The position numbers were made by a program, and so were the translations under genes. From assembly GCA_049294415.1 (NCBI GenBank), contig JBAQCS010000047.1, positions 1-52,882 on the forward strand: a DNA stretch of 52,882 nucleotides, read 5' to 3'. The stretch's first letter is position 1. Each line of letters starts with the position of its first letter. The DNA comes from Patescibacteria group bacterium. GTDB lineage: Bacteria; Patescibacteriota; Patescibacteriia; Patescibacteriales; UBA12465. A model generated the notes under the pieces. The model saw only the letters and a list, made by a program, of their open reading frames with translations. It was not told where the DNA came from and searched no databases. Positions 34,720-43,644 of the stretch are shown piece by piece.

Positions 34720-36480
34720 TTAACTCAGAATGGCCTTAATACGTCTGACGCCAGAACTGGACGATTCTTCTTTAGCTATAGAAAATTTACCTAATTCTCC
34801 AGTATTTTTAACATGGGGTCCACCACAAATTTCTCTAGAGAAATTACCGGCTGTATAAACCTTAACTTTTTCACCATATTTCGAATCAAAAACACCCATA
34901 GCTCCAGTATTTTTAGCTTCTTCTAGCGAAATTTCTTCACAATTAACCTCCATTTTAGCCTCAATCGCCTCATTAACTAGTTTTTCAACCTCCGCAATCT
35001 GCTCTGGAGTCATTTTTTCAGTATGAGAGAAATCGAAGCGTAAACGGTCAGCTGTAATGTTACTTCCCTTTTGACTAACATGGTCTCCCAAGACTTTTCT
35101 AAGAGCTGCTAATAATAAGTGGGCAGCCGTGTGTAATTTGGTAGTAGCCTCACTACTATCAGCTAAACCTCCTTTAAATTTACCAGCGGAAGCAGTGCGT
35201 GATAGTTCTTGGTGTTTAGCTAGCTCCACTTTAAAACCTTCAATATCCACTTTTTTATTTTTTTCCTTAGCTAATTCTTCAGTAATTTCTACTGGGAAAC
35301 CGTAACTTTGATATAGATTAAAGGCTGTTACTCCATCAATATCAGAAGCAATCTTATTAAATTCTTTTAAACCATTTTCTAGAGTGCGATTAAACTTCTC
35401 TTCTTCTTTATCAAAATTTTCTTCAATAAAAGTTTGATTTCTAGTTAATTCTGGATAAGCTTTCTGATAATCATTAATAACTACACGAGCTACTTCCTTG
35501 GTCCATAGCTCTTGGTTAATACCTAAACCACGACCATAACGAATAGCACGACGGAGTAAGCGTCTAACAATATATCCTTGACCAGTATTAGACGGAGAAA
35601 CACCTTTTTCATCACCAATAATAAAAACTGCGGCTTTAACATGATCGGCTACGATACGAATAGCTCTCATTACCTCTCCACCTTCAGTATATTTTTTATG
35701 AGATAACTCTTCAACCTTATTAACAATATTAATAAACAAATCAGTTTGGTAATTATCACAATTATTCAAAACAGCTGTCACGCGCTCTAAGCCTAAACCA
35801 GTATCTACATTCTTTTGAGATAAAGGTAAGAAGCTACCGTCAGCTTGTTTGTTGTATTGCATGAAAACATTATTCCAGATTTCTACCCACAAATCATTAT
35901 CATCATTAAAAGAAGCCGGAACCTCTTCTGGACTACCAGACCAATAGAAAATTTCCGTGTCTGGTCCGCATGGGCCAGTAAGTCCTGCTGGACCCCACCA
36001 ATTATTTTTCTTAGGTAGTTTAGCAATACGACTAGCTGGCATACCTAGTGATAACCATAAGTTATAAGACTCTTCATCAAAAGGAGCATCATCATCACCA
36101 ATAAAAACTGAAACAGCTAAACGATTAATATCAAGTCCTAACCAATCCTGTGATGTCAAAAATTCAAAACTATAACGAATAGAATCTTCTTTAAAATAAT
36201 CACCCAATGACCAATTACCCATCATTTCAAAAAAAGTATGGTGAGTAGCATCTCCTACTTCATCAATATCATCAGTTCTAATACATTTTTGAGCATCAAC
36301 CAAGCGAACTCCGGCTGGATGTTTTTCTCCCATTAAATAAGGAACTAAAGGATGCATACCCGCTGTAGTAAATAAAACAGTTGGGTCATTTTCAGGAATT
36401 AAAGAAGCACTAGAAATAATGGCATGGCCTTTACTCTTAAAAAAATCTAAATATTTTTGGCGTAATTGGTTAGCTGTCAT
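34720..36480 (-). CDS. alaS: alanyl-tRNA synthetase, short form (586 aa: catalytic, tRNA-recognition and editing domains; no C-Ala domain)
   Basis: N-terminus LRQKYLDFFKSKGHAIISSASLIPENDPTVLFTTAGMHP. Editing motifs HTAAHLL and CGGPHV lie near the C-terminus. Confidence 0.9.
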   Translation of the reverse strand: MTANQLRQKYLDFFKSKGHAIISSASLIPENDPTVLFTTAGMHPLVPYLMGEKHPAGVRLVDAQKCIRTDDIDEVGDATHHTFFEMMGNWSLGDYFKEDSIRYSFEFLTSQDWLGLDINRLAVSVFIGDDDAPFDEESYNLWLSLGMPASRIAKLPKKNNWWGPAGLTGPCGPDTEIFYWSGSPEEVPASFNDDNDLWVEIWNNVFMQYNKQADGSFLPLSQKNVDTGLGLERVTAVLNNCDNYQTDLFINIVNKVEELSHKKYTEGGEVMRAIRIVADHVKAAVFIIGDEKGVSPSNTGQGYIVRRLLRRAIRYGRGLGINQELWTKEVARVVINDYQKAYPELTRNQTFIEENFDKEEEKFNRTLENGLKEFNKIASDIDGVTAFNLYQSYGFPVEITEELAKEKNKKVDIEGFKVELAKHQELSRTASAGKFKGGLADSSEATTKLHTAAHLLLAALRKVLGDHVSQKGSNITADRLRFDFSHTEKMTPEQIAEVEKLVNEAIEAKMEVNCEEISLEEAKNTGAMGVFDSKYGEKVKVYTAGNFSREICGGPHVKNTGELGKFSIAKEESSSSGVRRIKAILS

Positions 36481-36489
36481 ATATGTAAC

Positions 36490-37509
36490 TTATTTTATAA
36501 TATTAACTTCAAGCTCAATTTTTATAGCAAATTTTTTAAATACTGCCAACTGGACACGGGCCACATGATTTAAAACTTGTTTGGCTGTGGCGCCACCATG
36601 ATTTACTAAAATCAAAGCTTGTTTTTCATACATTGAAACAGGACCAAACTTCTTCCCTTTAAACCCAGCTTGTTCAATTAACCAACCGGCGGGAACTTTT
36701 ACTTTATTACCAGCTGAAAAACTTTTAATATCTGGGAATTGTTTTTGTAATTTTTTAAATTGGGTGACAGAAATTTCAGGATTCTTAAAAAATGAACCGG
36801 CGTTAGCTAACACTACTGGATTAGGTAATTTAGAATTTCTAATAGTTTCAATGGTTTTAACCACCTGCATCAAAGTTGGTGTGTGAATCCCCTGGTCTAA
36901 TAGTTTAGCTCTAATATCGCCGTAATCTAATTTAAAATTAGGTTTCTTAAATAATTTAACAGTTACTTCATAAATAAAATAACGTCCTTTTAATTTATTC
37001 TTAAAAATACTATCACGGTAACCAAACTGACAATCATCATATTCAAAAATCTTTTCCTGACCAGTTTTAAGATTAATCGCCAATAAAGAATAAAAAATAT
37101 CCTTTAGTTCTACACCGTAAGCGCCAATATTTTGAACAGGGGCAGCTCCAACTGTTCCTGGTACTAAGTATAAATTTTCTAAGCCATGAAGATTTAAAAC
37201 AGCTGCTTCATGAACATACTTAGTCCACAACTCTCCTGACTTAGCAGATAACAAGGAAAAAGTTTTAGTATCTCGAACTATATCAATGCCTTTAATTTCA
37301 TTTTTCAGAACCAAACCTTTAATTTTAGAAGTAATTAAAATATTAGAGCCGCCTCCTAACACAAAAATCTCCTTCTTATTATTTTTAGCCCAAGTAATAG
37401 CTTCTAATAGTTCCTCCTTAGTTTTAATAATGCTAAAAAATTCGGCTGCCTGGCCGATTTTTAAGGTGGTATATTGGGCTAACGAAATATTCTTCTTAAT
37501 TTCTAACAT
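36490..37509 (-). CDS. murB: UDP-N-acetylenolpyruvoylglucosamine reductase
   Basis: YTTLKIG.AAEFF, VLGGGSNIL, VPGTVGAAPVQNIGAYGVE. Confidence 0.9.
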   Translation of the reverse strand: MLEIKKNISLAQYTTLKIGQAAEFFSIIKTKEELLEAITWAKNNKKEIFVLGGGSNILITSKIKGLVLKNEIKGIDIVRDTKTFSLLSAKSGELWTKYVHEAAVLNLHGLENLYLVPGTVGAAPVQNIGAYGVELKDIFYSLLAINLKTGQEKIFEYDDCQFGYRDSIFKNKLKGRYFIYEVTVKLFKKPNFKLDYGDIRAKLLDQGIHTPTLMQVVKTIETIRNSKLPNPVVLANAGSFFKNPEISVTQFKKLQKQFPDIKSFSAGNKVKVPAGWLIEQAGFKGKKFGPVSMYEKQALILVNHGGATAKQVLNHVARVQLAVFKKFAIKIELEVNIIK

Positions 37510-37515
37510 AAGCCT

Positions 37516-37545
37516 ATTATACTATAGATAATTAGCAAAAGTCTA
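37516..37545 (-). promoter_or_regulatory. promoter TAGACT-N18-TATAAT ending 6 nt before the murB ATG (candidate leaderless mRNA)
   Basis: Minus strand: TAGACT 37545-37540, TATAAT 37521-37516, then AGGCTT-ATG. Confidence 0.55.
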
Positions 37546-37556
37546 GATAAAGATAT

Positions 37557-37584
37557 TTGACAAATACGACAAAAGGGCTAAAAT
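37557..37584 (+). promoter_or_regulatory. promoter TTGACA-N16-TAAAAT for the two-paralog cassette
   Basis: Plus strand: TTGACA 37557-37562, TAAAAT 37579-37584. Back to back with the murB promoter. Confidence 0.65.
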
Positions 37585-37630
37585 TACCAATTAAACAATA
37601 GTACCTAAACAATTTAAAAAAATAGATATC

Positions 37631-38173
37631 ATGATAGAAACAGAAAGAATAATTGAAAGCTATCAAAAAGTTTTAGCTTTTAACCAAAAAGCTCTGGAGG
37701 TATCTAATAAGTATCAAGAAGTCCTGAACAAGAAAAAAAGAACAGGACTTTATGATAAAGATTATTTACTAGATTCAAAACCATTACACATTCCAGCAAA
37801 AATAAATTATAACCACGAAAACAAAGATATTATCTTTGATAAAGCGGAAATTTATTATTGTCTAGAAACTTATCCTGAATTATACTATCTCGGTTTTTCC
37901 TTGATTTTATTATTGAAAAGCCAAAAGATTAGTTATCATTTAAAAATTGCCACCACCAGAACTGAACGTGAGAAATTTTCACCAATTAGCTTTAGTAAAG
38001 GCAACTTAACAATAACTCAAGAAAGTGATAGTTACAGAAATAGCATTGTAATCAGGTTTTCTTCCAGAAAACAAATGAAAGAAATAACTGATTTTTGTAA
38101 TCAAATAATCAGCGACTTCAATCAAACCTTAGAGAAAGAGGAAAAACTAATTAAGAATCTAAAAAATCTTTAA
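37631..38173 (+). CDS. hypothetical protein (180 aa), paralog A of the tandem pair
   Basis: Shares three collinear blocks with the next ORF: ESYQKVLAFNQK / NNYGEVLDFNHK; IIFDKAEIYYC...PE / MIFETAEIHCV...PE; FCNQIISDFNQTLEKEEKLIKN / LCQRAVQLFNDHLPEDSKLIPN. Confidence 0.65.
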   Translation: MIETERIIESYQKVLAFNQKALEVSNKYQEVLNKKKRTGLYDKDYLLDSKPLHIPAKINYNHENKDIIFDKAEIYYCLETYPELYYLGFSLILLLKSQKISYHLKIATTRTEREKFSPISFSKGNLTITQESDSYRNSIVIRFSSRKQMKEITDFCNQIISDFNQTLEKEEKLIKNLKNL

Positions 38174-38192
38174 AAACAAAAAATCTTAGATC

Positions 38193-38750
38193 ATGGCAAA
38201 ATTAAAAAAGTTAATTAACAACTATGGTGAGGTCTTGGACTTCAATCATAAAGTGGAAGAATTCTTTGTTGAAAATTGGGCTTTTCTTCGAAAGCGTAAT
38301 AACGAAAAATACAGTCAAAAAACTTTACTGGAAACCATGTCTGGAGAAATGACTGTCAGTGTCGGCCTTAAAATTCAAGGCAAATTAACCTTAGTAGAAA
38401 ACAACAACTCTCCAGAAGGCAAAAAAACAGAAATGATTTTTGAAACAGCTGAAATTCACTGTGTTGCTGAACAGAGTCCGGAACCAATATTTTTTGACTT
38501 CAGGATTGATTTAATTATCGACAATCTAATCTTCCCTATTGCCAAAAATAAAGAACATTATTCAGGAGAGGTCAAAACCGTCAGTTTTAATCGCAAACGT
38601 AAAATGATTAGCGGGGATTGCCAACCTATTTTGATCTTTAAATACAAAAAGGATTTCAACAATGTTCTAGCACTCTGCCAAAGAGCAGTTCAGTTATTCA
38701 ACGATCACTTGCCGGAAGACAGTAAACTAATTCCTAATGCGAATCTCTAG
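38193..38750 (+). CDS. hypothetical protein (185 aa), paralog B of the tandem pair
   Basis: Same blocks as listed for paralog A. Starts 19 nt after paralog A and is followed by a bidirectional terminator. Confidence 0.65.
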   Translation: MAKLKKLINNYGEVLDFNHKVEEFFVENWAFLRKRNNEKYSQKTLLETMSGEMTVSVGLKIQGKLTLVENNNSPEGKKTEMIFETAEIHCVAEQSPEPIFFDFRIDLIIDNLIFPIAKNKEHYSGEVKTVSFNRKRKMISGDCQPILIFKYKKDFNNVLALCQRAVQLFNDHLPEDSKLIPNANL

Positions 38751-38761
38751 CAAAAATAAAA

Positions 38762-38788
38762 ACAGGCCCACAACGGACCTGTTTTTTC
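38762..38788. terminator. bidirectional terminator between the paralog cassette and convergent hisS
   Basis: ACAGGCCC-ACAAC-GGACCTGT imperfect stem followed by TTTTTT. There is an A-run upstream. Confidence 0.65.
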
Positions 38789-38799
38789 TTATCTTCTTT

Positions 38800-40098
38800 T
38801 TATTTTAAGAAATCATTAACTTCTTCAATGGAATGTGCTTTAACCTGTTCACCGCTAGTCATATCCTTTAAAGAAAAATAACCACCAGCGATTTCATCTT
38901 CTCCCAAAATAATTACCATCTTCACACCTAAGCGATTAGCTAGGGTTAATTTCTTTTTAAATTTCTCAGGACCGTAAGCAGTTAAAACTGAAAAACCAGA
39001 ATGACGAAGATTATTAGCTAAAGCTGAAGCAGCTTTAATATTTTCACTAACTAAAAATATATCAGCACTAGTAGCTTGTTTAGTAGCAATTAAATTAGCT
39101 TCTTGTAATTGAAAAAATAAACGAGACAAGCCAATGGAGACGCCAACGCCTGGTAATTTTCTATCACTATAATAACCAGCTAAATCATCATAACGACCAC
39201 CCGAACAAACTGAACCAATTTGTGGGTAATCATTTAGAACGGTTTCATAAACTGTACCAGTATAATAATCTAAACCACGGGCAATAGATAAATCTATCTT
39301 ATAATTACTAGCTGGCACGCCGTAATCTTCTAAATAAGATAAAACTTCTTTTAGTTCTGATAAGCCTTGTTGAAAAATAGCATTATCTATTTTCATCTTA
39401 TCTAAAGATTCTAAAATATTATCTTTCAAAGTTACAAATTCTAAAATTTTATCAACTTTAGCAGTTTCAATTTCAAATTTTATTAACACCTCCTTAATTT
39501 GATCTGCCCCAACTTTATCTATCTTATCAACTATTCTTAAAATATCAGTTGCTTCTTTAGATAATGATAATGATTCAAAAAAACCAGTTAACAATTTGCG
39601 ATTATTTAAACGCACAGTGAAGTCTCCAAAATTTAAAGTCGAGAAAACGGAAGAAATAATACTAACAATTTCCGCTTCGTTAATTAAAGATAATTCCCCT
39701 TCTCCTACAATATCAATATCAGCTTGATAGAATTCTCTAAAACGTCCACGTTGTGGTCTTTCACCTCTATAAACTTTGGAAATACAATATCTTCTAAATG
39801 GGAAAACTAAATTGTTATAATGTTCACTAACGTAACGAGCTAGTGGTACGGTCAAATCAAAACGCAAGGCTAATTTTTCATCGCCTTTTTCTAGGCAGTA
39901 AATTTGTTTTTCCGTTTCCCCGCCCGCTTTAGCTAAAATCACTTCTTGGCGCTCCAAGACTGGAGTATCAAGTGGCACAAAGCCATATGACTCATAAACA
40001 CCACGAATAGTGTCTAAAATATCATTAAAGGCTAATTGCTCGGCTGGTAAATATTCATTAAAACCAGGCAGAGTCTTGGTAGAAATTTTGTCTTTCAT
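38800..40098 (-). CDS. hisS: histidyl-tRNA synthetase
   Basis: Class IIa: LPGFNEYLP, LALRFDLTVPLARY, FREFYQADIDIVG, GGRYDDL. A C-terminal anticodon-binding domain is present. Confidence 0.9.
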   Translation of the reverse strand: MKDKISTKTLPGFNEYLPAEQLAFNDILDTIRGVYESYGFVPLDTPVLERQEVILAKAGGETEKQIYCLEKGDEKLALRFDLTVPLARYVSEHYNNLVFPFRRYCISKVYRGERPQRGRFREFYQADIDIVGEGELSLINEAEIVSIISSVFSTLNFGDFTVRLNNRKLLTGFFESLSLSKEATDILRIVDKIDKVGADQIKEVLIKFEIETAKVDKILEFVTLKDNILESLDKMKIDNAIFQQGLSELKEVLSYLEDYGVPASNYKIDLSIARGLDYYTGTVYETVLNDYPQIGSVCSGGRYDDLAGYYSDRKLPGVGVSIGLSRLFFQLQEANLIATKQATSADIFLVSENIKAASALANNLRHSGFSVLTAYGPEKFKKKLTLANRLGVKMVIILGEDEIAGGYFSLKDMTSGEQVKAHSIEEVNDFLK

Positions 40099-40106
40099 AT
40101 AAGCAA

Positions 40107-40135
40107 ATTAAAGCAAAAATAAGGCTATTTGTCAA
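40107..40135 (-). promoter_or_regulatory. promoter TTGACA-N17-TTTAAT ending 8 nt before the hisS ATG (candidate leaderless mRNA)
   Basis: Minus strand: TTGACA 40135-40130, TTTAAT 40112-40107, then TTGCTTAT-ATG. Confidence 0.55.
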
Positions 40136-40140
40136 AAAAC

Positions 40141-40177
40141 AAAAAAAAGACCTTAGAATACTTTGTGTACTCTAAGG
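40141..40177 (-). terminator. intrinsic terminator after the 164-aa gene
   Basis: Minus RNA: CCUUAGAGUAC-ACAAA-GUAUUCUAAGG, an 11-bp stem with one G.U pair (an A.C mismatch on the plus strand), followed by UCUUUUUUUU. Confidence 0.75.
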
Positions 40178-40198
40178 CCCTGATATTAAAAATAATTA

Positions 40199-40693
40199 CT
40201 ACGACTGTTCAAACATGGCTAAAAACTGCCCAACCTGATCAAAAAACAAATTAATTTCATCGCTCAATTTTCTAACCTCTTCTAAAGAACAACAACCGCC
40301 AGAGGAAGGAAAGCAAATAATGTCTTTAATTTTAGTTTGTTCCGAAAGATGCTCCGCTAAAACTGGCAACAATGAACCTTCTTTAATGATAATGTGCGAA
40401 GCGTTGATAGTTTTACGATAATCACTGACGCCGTTAGCCTGAGTTTGTTCAAAATCAAGATCGGGTTCATAATTATCTTTAGCTTGCTGGGTAGTTTCCA
40501 AGCGTTGTTGATAAATAGCCACCCACTGGCCTGTTACAACACCATAAAGAGCAAAAGGTTCTCCGTTAGCATCAATAATGTCGCTTTCTAACAGCCAAAA
40601 AGCCTGTTCGTAAATAGTTTTACAATAAGCGTAATTGAACGCCGTAATAGTGCCACAAGTCTGCACTAATTCCTGTCTCATTTTTAAATCCAT
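40199..40693 (-). CDS. hypothetical acidic protein (164 aa), possibly a distant relative of the 37.6-38.8 kb paralogs
   Basis: Weak collinear resemblance: TITAFNYAY vs VLAFNQKAL; IICFPSS...LFFDQ vs IVIRFSS...DFNQ. Contains a GGCC Cys pair. Confidence 0.55.
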   Translation of the reverse strand: MDLKMRQELVQTCGTITAFNYAYCKTIYEQAFWLLESDIIDANGEPFALYGVVTGQWVAIYQQRLETTQQAKDNYEPDLDFEQTQANGVSDYRKTINASHIIIKEGSLLPVLAEHLSEQTKIKDIICFPSSGGCCSLEEVRKLSDEINLFFDQVGQFLAMFEQS

Positions 40694-40742
40694 GATTATC
40701 CGTTTTTTAAAGTTAGTATTTTATTATTAAAGAATTCCTAAT

Positions 40743-40771
40743 AATTTACAACTTTTATTAAATTACGTCAA
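40743..40771 (-). promoter_or_regulatory. promoter TTGACG-N17-TAAATT for the 164-aa gene
   Basis: Minus strand: -35 at 40771-40766, -10 at 40748-40743. Confidence 0.55.
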
Positions 40772-40784
40772 TAATATAAAATTA

Positions 40785-40813
40785 TTTACAAATCACAATA
40801 AACCAACTAATAT
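40785..40813 (+). promoter_or_regulatory. promoter TTTACA-N17-TAATAT for the 257-aa gene (implies a roughly 135-nt leader)
   Basis: Plus strand: TTTACA 40785-40790, TAATAT 40808-40813. Back to back with the minus-strand promoter. Confidence 0.5.
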
Positions 40814-40955
40814 TTAACCATTCCTAACGTTTGGAATTATAAGGTAAAGAACCATACCTCGAATGGCAAGTAGCTAAACAAAATCCGGTTGTCTGTTAAC
40901 GATTAATAGACTAGTCCCGTATGGTACTGGGACGATAAAATGGTACTTTAACAAC

Positions 40956-41729
40956 ATGTTAAACATTATCTTAATGCTGTCAGGCAAAATTATTGTTATT
41001 ACAATCATTTTGGCTATCGTGATTTTTTCACCATTTTTTATTTGGATAAGAAAAAGGAAAAAGGAAAAAATTGCAGAACCAGAAATCAGTAAAACTGAAA
41101 AAGTGCCTCCTGGCCTGGGAGATTATGATTTTAAACACGAACGAGGTGAATGGGATTATAATCTTTCTCAGAGCCTAATGAACGACCAAATTCTAATTCG
41201 CGAAGTTCGCGTCTTTAATCCTAAAGAAGAAAAGGACAAATTAATCTTTGCTTCTTCTCTACCTTTTTATTTTACCAGTGAAGATCGTAAAGCTTTAAAA
41301 GAAGTGATACCAGAATTAATAGAAGTATCTGTATTAAATAGTCATGAATTAATGATTGTAAAATCACCAGCTGCTAATTTCTTTGATTTTAAAAAAGATA
41401 TTCTAACTCACCTTTTTATTTTTCTTAATAGGCGTTACGCTTGGATGAAAAAAAAGACAACTATTTCACTTCACTATATCGAGCAAAATGAATTAAATTG
41501 TCATATGCGATATATGACTAAAGATCACGCGCGTTTAGGTGTTCTACTGGGCGATATAACAGGGGTTACTAATTGGCTTAAAACAGTAGCCCAAATGGAG
41601 GAAAAAGATACTTATGATTTCAATATTCAAAAAGAGTTTGGCGTTGAATGGAAAGAATTGCTCCCAAAAATCCAAGAAGTCTTCCGTCAGTATTTTACCG
41701 GCGGAGTAGAATTTATTGGACCAAATTAA
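40956..41729 (+). CDS. hypothetical protein with an N-terminal membrane anchor (257 aa)
   Basis: One N-terminal TM segment (IIVITIILAIVIFSPFFIWI) followed by RKRKKEK and a roughly 200-aa soluble domain. No family recognised. Confidence 0.6.
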   Translation: MLNIILMLSGKIIVITIILAIVIFSPFFIWIRKRKKEKIAEPEISKTEKVPPGLGDYDFKHERGEWDYNLSQSLMNDQILIREVRVFNPKEEKDKLIFASSLPFYFTSEDRKALKEVIPELIEVSVLNSHELMIVKSPAANFFDFKKDILTHLFIFLNRRYAWMKKKTTISLHYIEQNELNCHMRYMTKDHARLGVLLGDITGVTNWLKTVAQMEEKDTYDFNIQKEFGVEWKELLPKIQEVFRQYFTGGVEFIGPN

Positions 41730-41745
41730 CAAAACGAACCTTTAC

Positions 41746-41781
41746 AAAAAAGCGTCAGAACAAATCTGACGCTTTTCTTTT
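41746..41781. terminator. bidirectional terminator between the 257-aa gene and the convergent ABC exporter gene
   Basis: GCGTCAGA-ACAAA-TCTGACGC, an 8-bp stem flanked by AAAAAA and TTTTCTTTTT. Confidence 0.8.
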
Positions 41782-43586
41782 TATTTAACTTCTCCCAGTT
41801 GTTGCAGTTTCAAGAGTCTTGCATAAACGCCTTCTTGTTTAGCCAGCTCAGAATGGGAACCCTCTTCCACCATCTGACCATTTTCTAAAACAATAATCTT
41901 ATCAGCCTTAGTAATTGTACTAAGTCTATGAGCAATCACAATTAAGGTTCTGTCCTGACTAATCTTATCCATCGCATCTTGAATTAAATGTTCGCTTTCA
42001 CTATCCAGGTTAGAGGTAGCTTCATCAAAAATTAGAATTCTTGGATTAGCTAGAATAGCTCTAGCAATACCCACGCGCTGACGCTGACCACCTGATAATT
42101 TGATACCGCGTTCACCAACTAAAGTGTCATAACCTTTTTCTAATTTAGTAATAAAGTCATGAGCATTAGCAATCCTAGCCGCTACTTCAATTTCTTCCTG
42201 GGTAGCATCTGGTTTAGCATAAGCAATATTATCACGAACTGATAAATCAAAAACTTCTACTTCTTGTGGCACAATGGCTAAGAATTTTCTAAAACCATGC
42301 AAGCTATAATCACGCACATCAATACCATCAATTAAGACGGCACCAAGTTGTGGATCATAGTGACGATATAATAATCTAGCAATAGTAGTTTTACCTCCGC
42401 CCGATGGACCAATTAAGGCTACCATTGAGCCAGCTTCAATTTTAAAACTAACATTAGAGATAGCTGTCTTAGAATTTTCACCATAACTAAAACTAACATT
42501 TTTAAGTTCCACGTCACCCTTAATATTATTTGGAACAATAGAACCTTCTTTTTCTTTAATATCACTTTCAGTTGCCAGTAAATCTATTAAACGACGCACA
42601 CCTTCCTTACCTTCTTCCATGCGATCATAGAATCTAGATAAGCGATGTAGTGAAGCATAAGAACTAGTCGACATCGAGAAAGCAAAAATCAAAGTACCAA
42701 TACTAATTTGTCCGTTATAAACTAAATAAACTCCAAAGAGCAAAACAAAACTATTACCAAAGTCAGAAATAATATTACGACTTAAATTAGTGCGCATGGT
42801 TTTAACCCATTGCCATAATTCATTCTTTTGAATTTTAGTTTTAATTTTATCAAAACTACCTAGTTCAGCTTCCTCCTGAGAAAAAGATTGCACCGCATTA
42901 ATATTAATAATACTTTGGGTCATCTTGCCCGATGCTTCTTCGTAGCCTTTATAAATTTCCTTACGAACCGGATACATTTTCTTATTAATCTTGTAAGTCA
43001 AATAAATATGAAATGACGAAAAGAATAATAAAGAAATACCTAAGCGCCAATCAGCCCAAATTAAAACAGCTAAAGAGAAAACGAGTTGCACGACTGTTGG
43101 GACCATTTCCCAACCCATGTTACCAACCAAGTTAGAAATCTTATCGACACCACGATTAATTTTAACTACCTTATTACCCGTGTTCTCTTTTTCATGATAA
43201 CCAAGTGGCAGATAGATTAATTTACTTTGAGCTGAGACCGCTAGATAATATTCTAAGTCAGTTAATAATTTAAATAATCTAATATCAATAAAATACTGAA
43301 TCAGCGAGCGAACCTGATCACTCAAAAAATAGCCACCGACAAACATCATCATAATCAAAACATCTTCAGGACGGAAATTAGTCAGTTTATCAATTACTAA
43401 CTTTAATAAATATGGTTTAAAAATATCTATCATGGCTCCTAGCATAATCACGCCTAAAATAGCCCTGATAGTTTTATGACTAGGACTTAAAATTTTCCAG
43501 AGCTTTATCCAGAAATCCTTAAAAGACATGTTAGTCTTTTGTTCTTTTTTATCTTGTTCTTGAGTGTTTACCATATATTTATACAA
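41781..43586 (-). CDS. ABC exporter, fused permease/ATPase (MsbA/type I exporter-like)
   Basis: Six-TM N-terminal half. Walker A GPSGGGKTT, signature LSGGQRQR, Walker B ILIFDEATS. The true start may be an internal Met (MVNTQ or MSFKDFW). Confidence 0.88.
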   Translation of the reverse strand: MYKYMVNTQEQDKKEQKTNMSFKDFWIKLWKILSPSHKTIRAILGVIMLGAMIDIFKPYLLKLVIDKLTNFRPEDVLIMMMFVGGYFLSDQVRSLIQYFIDIRLFKLLTDLEYYLAVSAQSKLIYLPLGYHEKENTGNKVVKINRGVDKISNLVGNMGWEMVPTVVQLVFSLAVLIWADWRLGISLLFFSSFHIYLTYKINKKMYPVRKEIYKGYEEASGKMTQSIININAVQSFSQEEAELGSFDKIKTKIQKNELWQWVKTMRTNLSRNIISDFGNSFVLLFGVYLVYNGQISIGTLIFAFSMSTSSYASLHRLSRFYDRMEEGKEGVRRLIDLLATESDIKEKEGSIVPNNIKGDVELKNVSFSYGENSKTAISNVSFKIEAGSMVALIGPSGGGKTTIARLLYRHYDPQLGAVLIDGIDVRDYSLHGFRKFLAIVPQEVEVFDLSVRDNIAYAKPDATQEEIEVAARIANAHDFITKLEKGYDTLVGERGIKLSGGQRQRVGIARAILANPRILIFDEATSNLDSESEHLIQDAMDKISQDRTLIVIAHRLSTITKADKIIVLENGQMVEEGSHSELAKQEGVYARLLKLQQLGEVK

Positions 43587-43644
43587 AAATAAGAGATAGG
43601 CCAGAGCCTTCTCTATAATAGAATACGGGACTTGAGCCGTTTTG

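Noticed and set aside
40394-41732. Antisense ORFs at 40394-40591 (+) and 41544-41732 (-) inside the two hypothetical genes flanking the divergent promoters
   Set aside because: They are shorter than and fully embedded in the longer ORFs. Those longer ORFs have matching promoters and terminators.
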